Shown one piece after another: positions 19,181 through 28,773 of a stretch of 62,645 nt of DNA (position 1 is its first letter; the number at the start of each line of letters is the position of its first letter). The translations under genes were made by a program, and so were the position numbers. The DNA is taken from assembly GCA_947447005.1 (NCBI GenBank), contig CANFHO010000001.1:1-62645 (forward strand), written 5' to 3'. Source of the DNA: Chitinophagaceae bacterium (GTDB lineage: Bacteria > Bacteroidota > Bacteroidia > Chitinophagales > Chitinophagaceae). The notes under the pieces were generated by a model. It was not told where the DNA came from, did not search any database, and saw only the letters and a list, made by a program, of their open reading frames with translations.

Positions 19181-20083
19181 CTAAATCAAATAGGTTACTC
19201 CTTCTTTAGAAACATCTGTGTTTTCAAATGTCTGTTTAGCCTGTAAAACGAATTCAGATATATCCTCGTATTTGCTGCTGAAATGTCCTAATAACATTCT
19301 TTTCACCTTGGCTTTTTGTGCAATCTTTGCTGCTTGCGTGCTTGTGCTGTGAAAGCGTTGTTCAGCTTTTTCCATTTGGTCATCTAAATACGTTGATTCA
19401 TGATAAATCAAATCAGCGTTTTGAATGATGGGAATGATTTTTTCTTCATACTTGGTGTCAGCACAAAACGCATATGATTTGGGAGGAATATTTCTGCTGG
19501 TAACTTCCAAATAGCTGATCCATTCTCCTGATTCATTTTGAACATCTTTGCCTTCTTTGAGGACTTTGAATTGTTCTTTTGGAATTCCTTTTTCTTCTGC
19601 CAATACTGCATCTATTTTTCTTGCTTTTTCTTTTTCCTGAAAAAGAAATCCCCAGCATTCTATTTTATGTGTTACTGGAAAACATGAAACTGTGATTCCA
19701 GGTAAATCCAATAGGATGGAGGCTTCTGTAATGGGATGAAAGTGAAAATCAAAATTGAATTCAGAAGCGGAGGCTTTCATTTGAAGATCAATGATATCTT
19801 TCAGAATGGGTGTTGCATAGAGATGCAAGGGTTCTTTTCTGTTAGTTAAAGAATAAGTATTCAATAACCCGGCAAGCCCATAGTAATGATCTCCATGAAG
19901 ATGTGAAATGAAGATGTGATTGATCTTGCTTTTTCGTACTTTATAACGATGCAATTGGTTTTGGGTTGACTCACCACAATCTATCAGAAACAATTGTTCA
20001 TCGCAAGTCACTACCTGGGCAGTTTGGTGCCGGTCGTGCATGGACAATGCAGAGTTATTTCCTAAAATGGTGACTGCTAACAT
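19181..20083 (-). CDS. rnz: Ribonuclease Z
   Basis: Start reassigned to MLAVTILGNNSA (20083); motifs LIDCGE, SHLHGDH, CADT, YHESTY, HSTS, GHFSSKY. Confidence 0.93.
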   Translation of the reverse strand: MLAVTILGNNSALSMHDRHQTAQVVTCDEQLFLIDCGESTQNQLHRYKVRKSKINHIFISHLHGDHYYGLAGLLNTYSLTNRKEPLHLYATPILKDIIDLQMKASASEFNFDFHFHPITEASILLDLPGITVSCFPVTHKIECWGFLFQEKEKARKIDAVLAEEKGIPKEQFKVLKEGKDVQNESGEWISYLEVTSRNIPPKSYAFCADTKYEEKIIPIIQNADLIYHESTYLDDQMEKAEQRFHSTSTQAAKIAQKAKVKRMLLGHFSSKYEDISEFVLQAKQTFENTDVSKEGVTYLI

Positions 20084-20097
20084 AAAGAAGTTTAAGG

Positions 20098-20472
20098 TCA
20101 AATATCCATATCCAATTCCCTTACTATTTCTTCCATCTGAACTATATCCCAGGCTTCTGATTCGGTAGGCGTAATATTTAGCGTATCTGCTAAATTTTTT
20201 TCTTGAAACATGGATTTGATTGTTTGATTGAGTCCACACAATACAAACGATCGGTTGTTGCTGTATAGTTCTTCATGAAGTTGGCCTATTACTTCAGCAA
20301 TTTCTTGTTGAATCTCATGGACCTGTACTAAATTCAATACAATACTTTTGTTATCTCCTTTATACGTTTCCGTAATCAGCTCCTTGAAAACTTCTGCCAT
20401 ATTTGCAGACAGTATCGCTTCATTCAGGGAAATGACATGAAAAATCTCCTTGGTATCAATTTTGACATTCAT
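20098..20472 (-). CDS. STAS-domain (anti-sigma factor antagonist-like) protein
   Basis: MNVKIDTKE start, SIVLNL, SFVLCGL, NITPTESEAWDIVQMEE; -7 promoter upstream. Confidence 0.75.
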   Translation of the reverse strand: MNVKIDTKEIFHVISLNEAILSANMAEVFKELITETYKGDNKSIVLNLVQVHEIQQEIAEVIGQLHEELYSNNRSFVLCGLNQTIKSMFQEKNLADTLNITPTESEAWDIVQMEEIVRELDMDI

Positions 20473-20504
20473 ATAAAACAATATTTCGTTTCTTGTTTCC
20501 AGTA

Positions 20505-20512
20505 CAAAGATA
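20505..20512 (-). promoter_or_regulatory. Bacteroidota sigma-A -7 element for STAS-rnz
   Basis: TATCTTTG on the minus strand (TAnnTTTG consensus). Confidence 0.6.
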
Positions 20513-20627
20513 CCAAATTGTTTAGGACTGGTTAATATTAGCATGAAAGGATGTGTTCAGGTATCAGCGGTAACATAAAATCGGAATATTTCGTTATTAT
20601 TGTATGGCTACATAAAATCTACCCTTT

Positions 20628-23162
20628 ATGGATAATAATTTTTCGGCACAGGTAAAAGAAATCATCTCCTACAGCAGGGAAGAAGCCCTTAGATTGGGCA
20701 ATGATTTCATTGGAACAGAGCATCTTTTATTGGGTGTAATCCGTGAAGGAGAAAACACTGCATTAAAAATATTACAGGCACTGAATGTAGACATCTATGA
20801 ACTGAGGAAAGAGGTTGAAATGGCGGTGAAGGATAAATCAGGAAAGAATATACAGAATATCAATAGTTTGCCTTTGACCCGTCAGGCGGAGAAGGTAATT
20901 CGTGTTACGGTTCTCGAAGCCAAGGCACTCAAAAGTCCCCTTGTTGAAACAGAGCATCTTTTGTTATCTATTCTAAAGAATAAAGAAAACATAGCAACAC
21001 AGATTTTGAATCAATTTGATGTTGATTATGACCTTTTCAGAAATGAGTTGGGAACAGTAAGAAGCAATGACATCAAGAGCGAGTTTTCTGATGAGCCAGA
21101 GGAAGAATTTGAAGACGAAAGAAAGTCTCAACAGCAAAAAGCCCGTCAGTCGCAAGGTCCTGGTAAAAGCAAGACTCCCGTACTTGATAATTTTGGAAGG
21201 GATATTACCAAATTGGCAGAATCAGGATCACTTGATCCAATTGTAGGACGGGAGGCTGAAATAGAGCGTGTATCACAAATTCTATCCAGAAGGAAAAAGA
21301 ATAACCCAATCTTGATTGGAGAACCAGGTGTAGGAAAGACCGCCATAGTTGAGGGATTGGCTTTGCGTATTGTTCAAAGAAAGGTTTCCAGGGTGTTGTT
21401 TGACAAAAGGGTTGTTTCTCTTGATCTTGCAGCGTTGGTTGCAGGAACCAAATATCGTGGCCAATTTGAAGAGCGCATGAAAGCGATCATGACTGAATTG
21501 GAAAAAAACAGAGATGTAATTCTGTTCATTGATGAGATTCATACCATCGTTGGTGCTGGTGGTGCAAGTGGTTCATTGGATGCATCCAATATTTTCAAAC
21601 CTGCTCTCTCAAGAGGAGAATTACAGTGTATAGGTGCTTCAACATTGGATGAGTATCGCATGCACATTGAAAAAGATGGTGCATTGGATCGTCGTTTCCA
21701 AAAAGTTTTGATTGAGCCACCTTCCGTGGATGAGGCTATTCAGATTTTAAACAATATCAAGTCACGATATGAGGAGTTTCACAATGTTGATTACTCCAAT
21801 GATGCAATTGAGGCTTGTGTTAAATTAAGTGACAGGTATATGACCGATAGGTTATTACCTGATAAAGCAATTGATGTGTTGGATGAAGTAGGTGCAAGGG
21901 TTCACCTGAAAAACATCAATGTTCCAGAAGATATCATTGAGCTAGAAAAGAAAATTGAAGATATTAAATTGGAAAAAAATCGTGTGGTGAAAAGCCAAAG
22001 ATTTGAAGAAGCTGCCAGTTTAAGAGATACGGAAAAAAGATTACAAGAAGAGCTTGAAGCAGCCAAATTAAGCTGGGAAGAAGAGTCCAAACACAAACGT
22101 TTCCCCATCTCCGAAGAGGATATAGCCGAAGTTGTTAGCATGATGACAGGCATTCCTGTAAAAAGAATGGTGCAGGCAGAAACAGAAAAACTTCGCCACA
22201 TGTCTTTGGATATGAAGGGCATGGTTGTAGGTCAGGATGAGGCAATCAGCAAAGTTGTCAAAGCCATTCAGCGTAACAGGGTAGGTTTGAAAGATCCTAA
22301 AAAACCCATTGGAACATTTATTTTTCTTGGACCTACCGGTGTTGGTAAAACAGAACTTGCTCGTGCATTGTCTCGCCAAATGTTCGACTCAGAAGATTCT
22401 TTGATTCGAATTGATATGAGTGAATACATGGAAAAGTTTACTGTGAGTCGCCTCATTGGAGCACCTCCTGGCTATGTGGGTTATGAAGAGGGTGGTCAGT
22501 TAACTGAGCGTGTGCGACGTAAACCATATTCAGTGATTCTCTTGGATGAAATTGAAAAGGCACATCCAGATATTTACAATATCCTTCTTCAGGTTCTAGA
22601 TGATGGTCAATTGACTGATGGTTTAGGCCGTAAGGTTGACTTCAAGAATACACTCATTATCATGACATCTAACATCGGAGTGAGGCAGTTGAAGGATTTT
22701 GGAGAAGGAGTTGGTTTTGCCACTCATGCACGTCAGGCCAATGCGGAAGAAGCTAATAAAGCTGTCATTGAAAAGGCGCTAAAACGTACTTTTTCACCTG
22801 AATTCCTGAATCGTGTTGATGACGTGATCATATTCAATTCACTTGAAAAGTCTCATATCTTTGATATCATTGATATTTTGATGAAAGGTGTTAAGAAACG
22901 ATTGTCTTCTATGGGATTCAATTTGGAGCTTACCGCTGATGCCAAGGATTTCATTGCAGAGAAAGGATATGATCAACAGTTTGGCGCTAGACCATTGCAC
23001 CGAGCCATTCAAAAATATTTAGAAGACCCATTGGCAGAGGAAATCCTCAACATGACAATAAAGGCCGGAGATGTTATGGTTGCTGATCTTGATAAGGAAA
23101 ATCAAAAAATCACTTTTACGATCAATGAGAAACCCGAAAAGGCAGAAAAATCTGAAGCATAA
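20628..23162 (+). CDS. clpC: ATP-dependent Clp protease ATP-binding subunit ClpC
   Basis: Clp-N repeats (GTEHLLL, ETEHLLL); two AAA+ modules GEPGVGKT and GPTGVGKT; UVR-type middle domain; GAPPGYVGY. Confidence 0.95.
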   Translation: MDNNFSAQVKEIISYSREEALRLGNDFIGTEHLLLGVIREGENTALKILQALNVDIYELRKEVEMAVKDKSGKNIQNINSLPLTRQAEKVIRVTVLEAKALKSPLVETEHLLLSILKNKENIATQILNQFDVDYDLFRNELGTVRSNDIKSEFSDEPEEEFEDERKSQQQKARQSQGPGKSKTPVLDNFGRDITKLAESGSLDPIVGREAEIERVSQILSRRKKNNPILIGEPGVGKTAIVEGLALRIVQRKVSRVLFDKRVVSLDLAALVAGTKYRGQFEERMKAIMTELEKNRDVILFIDEIHTIVGAGGASGSLDASNIFKPALSRGELQCIGASTLDEYRMHIEKDGALDRRFQKVLIEPPSVDEAIQILNNIKSRYEEFHNVDYSNDAIEACVKLSDRYMTDRLLPDKAIDVLDEVGARVHLKNINVPEDIIELEKKIEDIKLEKNRVVKSQRFEEAASLRDTEKRLQEELEAAKLSWEEESKHKRFPISEEDIAEVVSMMTGIPVKRMVQAETEKLRHMSLDMKGMVVGQDEAISKVVKAIQRNRVGLKDPKKPIGTFIFLGPTGVGKTELARALSRQMFDSEDSLIRIDMSEYMEKFTVSRLIGAPPGYVGYEEGGQLTERVRRKPYSVILLDEIEKAHPDIYNILLQVLDDGQLTDGLGRKVDFKNTLIIMTSNIGVRQLKDFGEGVGFATHARQANAEEANKAVIEKALKRTFSPEFLNRVDDVIIFNSLEKSHIFDIIDILMKGVKKRLSSMGFNLELTADAKDFIAEKGYDQQFGARPLHRAIQKYLEDPLAEEILNMTIKAGDVMVADLDKENQKITFTINEKPEKAEKSEA

Positions 23163-23186
23163 TTGAGCTAACATAGGTTAATTTTG

Positions 23187-23212
23187 TCCCAACCAATGGT
23201 TGGGACTTTTTT
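23187..23212 (+). terminator. Intrinsic terminator after clpC
   Basis: GTCCCAACC-AAT-GGTTGGGAC followed by TTTTTT. Confidence 0.8.
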
Positions 23213-24181
23213 ATGCAACAAACAATTATAGGTAGTGATATTAAATTGGCAGCTACATTGCTTACCACCGGAGAATTGGTGGCTATACCAACTGAAACTG
23301 TTTATGGGCTTGCAGCAAATGGCTTGGATCCACTTGCCATTGCTAAAATTTATGCAGCCAAAAACAGGCCTCAGTTTAATCCATTGATCTTACACATTGC
23401 CAGCTTTGATCAATTGGCCCTGCTTGTAACTGAGATACCAGAAGCCTGTCAACGGTTGATTAGTGCTTTTTCGCCAGGTCCCATAACGTATCTATTACCT
23501 AAGTCAGCACTCGTTCCTGACATTGTAACGGCAGGGAATAATCGTGTTGCAGTTCGTATTCCTGATCACCTGTTAACATTGGAGTTATTATCTGGAATAT
23601 CATTTCCACTTGCTGCTCCTAGTGCCAATCCTTCTGGATATGTGAGTCCCGTAAGTGCAGAACATGTCCTTCAAGGATTGTCTGGTAAGATTCCCTATAT
23701 TTTGGATGGTGGACATTGCAGGGTAGGATTGGAATCTACGATTGTAGGTTTTGAAGAGGGCAAAATAATTATTCACCGATTGGGTGGAATTACTGCAGAG
23801 GATATCAAAATGGTAACCAATATAGACCCTGAAGTACGTTTGTCGCATGCTTCACCAACGGCACCAGGACAACTGAAAAGCCATTATGCAACAAGTAAAC
23901 CATTGTTGATAGGCAATATAGAACAATTGGTATACCTTAACCCTGGAAAACGAATCGCAGTTTTGTCGTTTCAGCAAAGTTATCATAATCTGGTTTCAGA
24001 AAACATTGTTTTGTCATCGAATGGAGTTCTTGAAGAGGCTGCTGCAGGGCTTTTCAAGGCAATGCGTGATATGGATTGTTTGGACATTGATGTTATTTTA
24101 GCTGAGCGTTTTCCTGAGGAAGGCATTGGCAGAGCCATCAATGATCGGTTGGAAAGGGCAGCTTATAGAGAGAAAAGATAA
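23213..24181 (+). CDS. sua5: L-threonylcarbamoyladenylate synthase (Sua5/TsaC with SUA5 C-domain)
   Basis: Motifs VAIPTETVYGLAA, KNRPQFNPLILH, AAPSANPSG, GLESTIV, APGQLKSHYA, AINDRLERA. Confidence 0.93.
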   Translation: MQQTIIGSDIKLAATLLTTGELVAIPTETVYGLAANGLDPLAIAKIYAAKNRPQFNPLILHIASFDQLALLVTEIPEACQRLISAFSPGPITYLLPKSALVPDIVTAGNNRVAVRIPDHLLTLELLSGISFPLAAPSANPSGYVSPVSAEHVLQGLSGKIPYILDGGHCRVGLESTIVGFEEGKIIIHRLGGITAEDIKMVTNIDPEVRLSHASPTAPGQLKSHYATSKPLLIGNIEQLVYLNPGKRIAVLSFQQSYHNLVSENIVLSSNGVLEEAAAGLFKAMRDMDCLDIDVILAERFPEEGIGRAINDRLERAAYREKR

Positions 24182-24277
24182 AAGATAAAAGAGAAAGGAG
24201 AAAGGAGAAAGGAGAAAGGAGAAGAGAGCCAATACATATTCCATTTTATCTTTTCTCCTTTATTTTTCTCTTCTTTT
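24172..24277. repeat. Heptamer tandem repeat (GAAAGGA/GAAAAGA/TAAAAGA) with a degenerate inverted arm
   Basis: About 8 heptamers at 24172-24227 and a complementary pyrimidine tract at 24244-24277, between convergent genes. Confidence 0.85.
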
Positions 24278-26156
24278 AGAAGAGTTCACTAAGTTCAAGC
24301 CACCTTAATTCTTTTTCATCTATTGATTCTGAGATGCTTTTGAATCTTGCAGATAGTTTTTCAATTTCAGTATATTCAATATTTCCTGCTGATAGTTTTT
24401 CAGAGATTTCAACTTTCTCCTGATTTAATTTTTTGATATCCTTTTCAAGCATCTCAAATTCACGTTTCTCATTAAAGCTTGGTTTTCTTTTTTCCGGTTT
24501 AACTTCCTCAATCACTTCTCTGCTCACAATAATTTGTGATTTCACTTTTTCTACATCAATGTTTTTGTCTGCAATTTCATCCCTGTATTCTGCGTAGTTG
24601 CCTGGGAAATCTCTGATAACGCCTTGTCCTTCGAAAACAAAAAGATGGTCCACAATTCTGTCCATGAAATATCGATCGTGACTGATAATGATCAAACAAC
24701 CAGGAAAGTCCATTAGGAAATTTTCCAAAACTGAAAGTGTAGGAAGATCAAGATCATTTGTAGGTTCATCGAGAATTAGAAAATTTGGATTTTTGAATAG
24801 AATGGCAAGCAATTGAAGTCTTCTTTTTTCTCCTCCGCTTAATTTGCTGATATAGCCATATTGTTGATCAGGTGAGAATAGGAATAGTTCCAGGAATTGA
24901 GCTGCACTGAGTGTTCCGCCATTGGCCAAAGGGAAATGTTCTGCGATGTTTTTTACAAATTCAATCACACGCATTTCCTGCTTCAAAACCAGGCCTTGTT
25001 GTGAGTAGTTTCCAAATACAATGGTATCGCCGATATTGATTTTTCCGCTGTCTGGTTCTTCAATTCCTTGAAGCATATTTACAAAGGTGGATTTTCCGGC
25101 GCCATTTTTTCCAATGATTCCGATTCTTTCTCCTTTTTTGAAAGTGTAGTCAAATCCGGAAAGAATGGTTTTTTCACCAAAGCTTTTATACACTTTTTTG
25201 AATTCTGCAATTTTCCCACCTAATCGGCTCATTTTCATTTGCAGATCTACCTGGCGATCTTCGATTTTCCTTTTAGCAACTTTTTCTATTTCATAGAAAT
25301 TATCCTGACGACTTTTGGATTTTGTGGTTCTTGCCTTTGGCTGTTTTCGCATCCATTCAAGTTCTTTTCGAAAAGTGTTTTTAGCCTTATCTATGGTAGC
25401 CATTTCACTTTCTATTCTGGCTGCTTTTTTCTCAACATAATTCTGATAATCTCCTTTATAAACATATATTTTACTGTTATCCAGTTCCCATATTTCATTG
25501 CAAACAGCATCTAGGAAATAGCGATCATGTGTTACCAGAAGCAATGTAATATTTTCCTTGTCTAAATAATGCTCAAGCCATTCTACCATTTCAACATCCA
25601 GGTGATTGGTAGGTTCATCCATGATGAGCAAGGTGTGGGTGTTCTCAAACCCAATATCAATAAGGGTTCTGGCCAATGCAACTCTTTTTCTTTGTCCTCC
25701 GCTCAGGCTGCCTACAATCTGATCTAGGTGATGTATGTTTAATTTCCCTAGAATCTGTTTGACTTTGGTGTCAAAATCCCAGGCATTATGTTCCTCCATT
25801 TCAATTAAAGCTTCCGTAATTCGATCCGCATCATTGGAATCTTCTGCAGCTTCATATTTTTTGATGGCATTCAGCACTGGATGGTCATGTGCAAAGATAT
25901 TGTCGAGTATGCTTGTACGTTCACTGAATATGGGATCTTGTTCAAATAAAACCGTATTAACGCTTTTGTTTACCCAAACTTTACCTTGGTCAACAGTTTC
26001 TGTGCCTGATAAGATGCGAAGAAGGGTTGATTTTCCAGAACCATTTCTGGCTATGAGTGCAATTTTTTCTCCTTCGTTGATATGAAATGAAATATTACTA
26101 AATAGAGGCTTGATGCCATACGATTTTCCAACTCCTTCTACTGTTACATAATGCAT
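24276..26156 (-). CDS. ABC-F family ATP-binding protein (Uup/YfmR-like)
   Basis: Two ABC domains (ARNGSGKST/LSGGQRKR/MDEPTNHLD; GKNGAGKST/LSGGEKRR/LDEPTNDLD), KQPKARTTKSK linker, C-terminal coiled coil, no TM segments. Confidence 0.92.
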   Translation of the reverse strand: MHYVTVEGVGKSYGIKPLFSNISFHINEGEKIALIARNGSGKSTLLRILSGTETVDQGKVWVNKSVNTVLFEQDPIFSERTSILDNIFAHDHPVLNAIKKYEAAEDSNDADRITEALIEMEEHNAWDFDTKVKQILGKLNIHHLDQIVGSLSGGQRKRVALARTLIDIGFENTHTLLIMDEPTNHLDVEMVEWLEHYLDKENITLLLVTHDRYFLDAVCNEIWELDNSKIYVYKGDYQNYVEKKAARIESEMATIDKAKNTFRKELEWMRKQPKARTTKSKSRQDNFYEIEKVAKRKIEDRQVDLQMKMSRLGGKIAEFKKVYKSFGEKTILSGFDYTFKKGERIGIIGKNGAGKSTFVNMLQGIEEPDSGKINIGDTIVFGNYSQQGLVLKQEMRVIEFVKNIAEHFPLANGGTLSAAQFLELFLFSPDQQYGYISKLSGGEKRRLQLLAILFKNPNFLILDEPTNDLDLPTLSVLENFLMDFPGCLIIISHDRYFMDRIVDHLFVFEGQGVIRDFPGNYAEYRDEIADKNIDVEKVKSQIIVSREVIEEVKPEKRKPSFNEKREFEMLEKDIKKLNQEKVEISEKLSAGNIEYTEIEKLSARFKSISESIDEKELRWLELSELF

Positions 26157-26177
26157 GGTGTAAAGGTAGACTTAAAT

Positions 26178-26297
26178 AGGCAAAGAGGCAAGGAGGCAAG
26201 GAGATGAGAGAAAAGAGAAAAGTGAAAGAAGAATTGGTGAAACGGAAAACGGTGAAATGAAGAAACGGGAAAACGGAGAAATGGAGAAACGGGAAAT
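26178..26297. repeat. Mixed 8-mer/7-mer purine-rich tandem repeats
   Basis: AGGCAA(A/G)G x3, GAGAAAA-type heptamers, then about 7 degenerate GAAA(C/T)GGN octamers. Confidence 0.8.
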
Positions 26298-26947
26298 TAT
26301 GATTTGGAGAGGAGATAAAAAGCAAGGCAAATCAACAATGATGCTATTAAGATAAGAACTGTTTTGAGTGTTTCACGCTTTTCTTTTTGCTTGGTTTTTT
26401 GAATGAGTGATTCCCACTGATTTGATATGTTTTTATTATAATCTGTGATTTCGCGAAGTAAATCTTTGAACATAATTTGACAATCACTATTTAACATTGA
26501 CCCTATTTGGATGGCAATCTTATTGCAAGAGACAATAAGATCTGGGTTGTTCGATTCTATGATAGTTCTGATGCGGCTTTTCCCAAAGATGAAAGTCATT
26601 TGATTGAAAAGCGCATAGGAATTGAGTCTAAATTTGTCGGTTTGTGACAGATATTGTTCTGTTTTGATCAATATTTGGAGAATGCCTTCAGCTGTAAGGC
26701 TGCTTTCCATTTTGTTTCCCATGCTTTGGCTGAGCCAACATTCGTATAGATATTTTTCTCGTTTTATTGAATCTGTTAATGTTTCATATGCTTCCTGTAT
26801 TTCAATGAATTTGGATCCATCGTTACCTATTTCATTCTGTTTATCAGGATGGTATTGAAGTGCCAGTTTTCTAAACGCTTTTTTGATTTGAGTTGTGTTG
26901 GATCCTGGGGGAATGCCTAAAATATGATAGTGATCCTTAATCGCCAT
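26297..26947 (-). CDS. J-domain (DnaJ type III) protein with C-terminal membrane anchor
   Basis: Motifs [32 protein letters not shown]; hydrophobic C-terminus; start moved to 26947 (TATATTTG lies 4 nt upstream). Confidence 0.85.
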   Translation of the reverse strand: MAIKDHYHILGIPPGSNTTQIKKAFRKLALQYHPDKQNEIGNDGSKFIEIQEAYETLTDSIKREKYLYECWLSQSMGNKMESSLTAEGILQILIKTEQYLSQTDKFRLNSYALFNQMTFIFGKSRIRTIIESNNPDLIVSCNKIAIQIGSMLNSDCQIMFKDLLREITDYNKNISNQWESLIQKTKQKEKRETLKTVLILIASLLICLAFYLLSKS

Positions 26948-27027
26948 ACTGCAAATATAAAAGAACATGATTCTAATGCGTAAAGGCATCTATTAATTCA
27001 TTAATTTCAACCATAAATCATTTCATC

Positions 27028-27792
27028 ATGAAGAAATACTTGTTTCTGCCGATTTTATTGATATCAGTTTTCGCTTTGGGACAAAAGAAGAATTTTTTTG
27101 AGTTAAGAGTGTATGAATATCGCAATGCAAAACAAGAAGCATTGATTGATCAATTTTTAGGAGATGCATTGATACCATATATGCACACAAAAGGTATCGG
27201 TAAAATTGGAGTATTTACGGGTAGGGCAAATGATACCTCCGTTGTAAAAAAATTATATGTATTGATTCCATACAAGAACCTCAATCAGATTCCAGAGATC
27301 AATAAGGCAATGTTCAAAGATGCCGCTGTTGCAGAGAAGGGAGCAGCATATTTAGATGCCAGTCCTGATGCTCCACCATACGATAGGATTGTGAATTATA
27401 TTCTTGAAGGTTTCAGGCTTTCTCCAACCTTGATGATGCCTAATTTAACAGGGTCTGTTGAAGATAAAGTATATGAATTGAGGAGTTATGAAGGTCCTAC
27501 TGAGAAGAAATATTGGAAAAAAGTGGAAATGTTTAATGAGGGTGGCGAGATTGAGATTTTCAGCAGATTAAATTTCAATCCTGTTTTTTACGCAGAAACC
27601 ATAAGCGGACCAACTACTCCCAATTTGATGTACATGACCAGTTTCAATAGTATGAAGGACAGGGATGATCATTGGAAGGCTTTTGCCTCTGATGCCAAGT
27701 GGAATGAGTTGAAGGGGATGAAAGAATATGATAAATCGGTAAGTAAAAATGTTACTTTATTCCTAAAGGCGAAGGCTTATTCAGAATATTAA
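27028..27792 (+). CDS. NIPSNAP family protein, exported
   Basis: Signal peptide; two repeats FFELRVYE and VYELRSYE; KVEMFNEGGE, PNLMYMTSF, RDDHWKAF. Confidence 0.85.
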   Translation: MKKYLFLPILLISVFALGQKKNFFELRVYEYRNAKQEALIDQFLGDALIPYMHTKGIGKIGVFTGRANDTSVVKKLYVLIPYKNLNQIPEINKAMFKDAAVAEKGAAYLDASPDAPPYDRIVNYILEGFRLSPTLMMPNLTGSVEDKVYELRSYEGPTEKKYWKKVEMFNEGGEIEIFSRLNFNPVFYAETISGPTTPNLMYMTSFNSMKDRDDHWKAFASDAKWNELKGMKEYDKSVSKNVTLFLKAKAYSEY

Positions 27793-27894
27793 GAAGAGAA
27801 AAGAGAAAAGAGAAAGGAGAAAGGAGAAAAGAGAAAGGAGAAAGGTGGATTTGGAGAATATAAAGCTCCCTTCTCCTTTCTCCTTTCTCTTTTC
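27793..27894. repeat. Heptamer tandem repeat (GAAAAGA/GAAAGGA) with inverted arm
   Basis: About 7 heptamers at 27793-27845 and complementary TCTCCTT-type units at 27878-27894. Confidence 0.85.
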
Positions 27895-27904
27895 ACGTTT
27901 ATTG

Positions 27905-27912
27905 TATCTTTG
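27905..27912 (+). promoter_or_regulatory. Bacteroidota -7 promoter element for the PNP gene
   Basis: TATCTTTG ending 14 nt before the ATG. Confidence 0.65.
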
Positions 27913-27926
27913 CGAAAAATCAGTCT

Positions 27927-28745
27927 ATGGATGTGATTGTTAGAATTCAGCAAACTGTTGATTTCATCAGATCTCGTTTTAATGCACAGCCAACAATTGG
28001 TGTCGTGTTGGGAAGTGGGTTGGGTGGATTTATTGATTATATTGATATTGAACATGAAATCCCCTATGAGGAAGTTCCTCATTTTCCTATTTCTACAGTT
28101 GAAGGACACAAAGGGAAATTGATTTTTGGAAAACTTGGTGGAAAACAACTGGTGGTCATGGCAGGACGTTTTCATTTCTATGAGGGGTATTCTCCTGCAG
28201 ATATTGTATTTCCTATCAGGGTAATGAAAAAATTAGGGGTTGAAAATCTATTTCTGTCAAATGCCGCTGGTGGTGTGAATACAACATTCAAAGTTGGAGA
28301 TTTGATGATTATTCATGACCATATAAGCATGTCAATTGTCAATCCTTTAATAGGTAAAAATATTGCAGAGCTGGGTCCCCGTTTTCCAGACATGAGTGAA
28401 CCCTATTCTAAAAAAATGATTTCATTGGGACGGAAAGTGGCAGATAAACTTGGCTTTGTGGTTCGTCAGGGGGTTTATTATGGTGTTACAGGGCCAACAT
28501 TCGAGACCAGAGCAGAATATAAGATGATTAGCATTATGGGTGCGGATGCAGTAGGAATGAGCACAGTGCAGGAAGTCATTATAGCTGTTCATTGTGGTAT
28601 GACCGTTTTTGCAGTGAGTGTTATTACTGATATTGGAATCAGAGAAGAAGAGAATGTAATTACACATGATGAAGTGTTGGAGGCCGCCAATCTGGCTGCT
28701 CCTAAGCTGACCTCTATGTTTAAGGAAATGATTGTTTCGTTGTGA
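27927..28745 (+). CDS. punA: Purine-nucleoside phosphorylase (trimeric PNP/PunA type)
   Basis: Motifs VVLGSGLG, STVEGHKG, GRFHFYEGY, SNAAGG, GPTFETRAE, GADAVGMSTV. Confidence 0.93.
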   Translation: MDVIVRIQQTVDFIRSRFNAQPTIGVVLGSGLGGFIDYIDIEHEIPYEEVPHFPISTVEGHKGKLIFGKLGGKQLVVMAGRFHFYEGYSPADIVFPIRVMKKLGVENLFLSNAAGGVNTTFKVGDLMIIHDHISMSIVNPLIGKNIAELGPRFPDMSEPYSKKMISLGRKVADKLGFVVRQGVYYGVTGPTFETRAEYKMISIMGADAVGMSTVQEVIIAVHCGMTVFAVSVITDIGIREEENVITHDEVLEAANLAAPKLTSMFKEMIVSL

Positions 28746-28773
28746 GTATAGATTCATTTTGAAGAAAGTGTAC

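Noticed and set aside
20084-20239. N-terminal extension of RNase Z, and similar long starts for ybdK, the porin, the TonB receptor and nitroreductase
   Set aside because: The extensions overlap neighbouring genes or precede the family-typical N-terminus, so downstream ATGs were chosen.
27789-28175. 128-aa minus-strand ORF (and similar ORFs at 26098-26325)
   Set aside because: The FSFL-type tails are translations of the heptamer/octamer repeats, and the ORFs overlap real genes.
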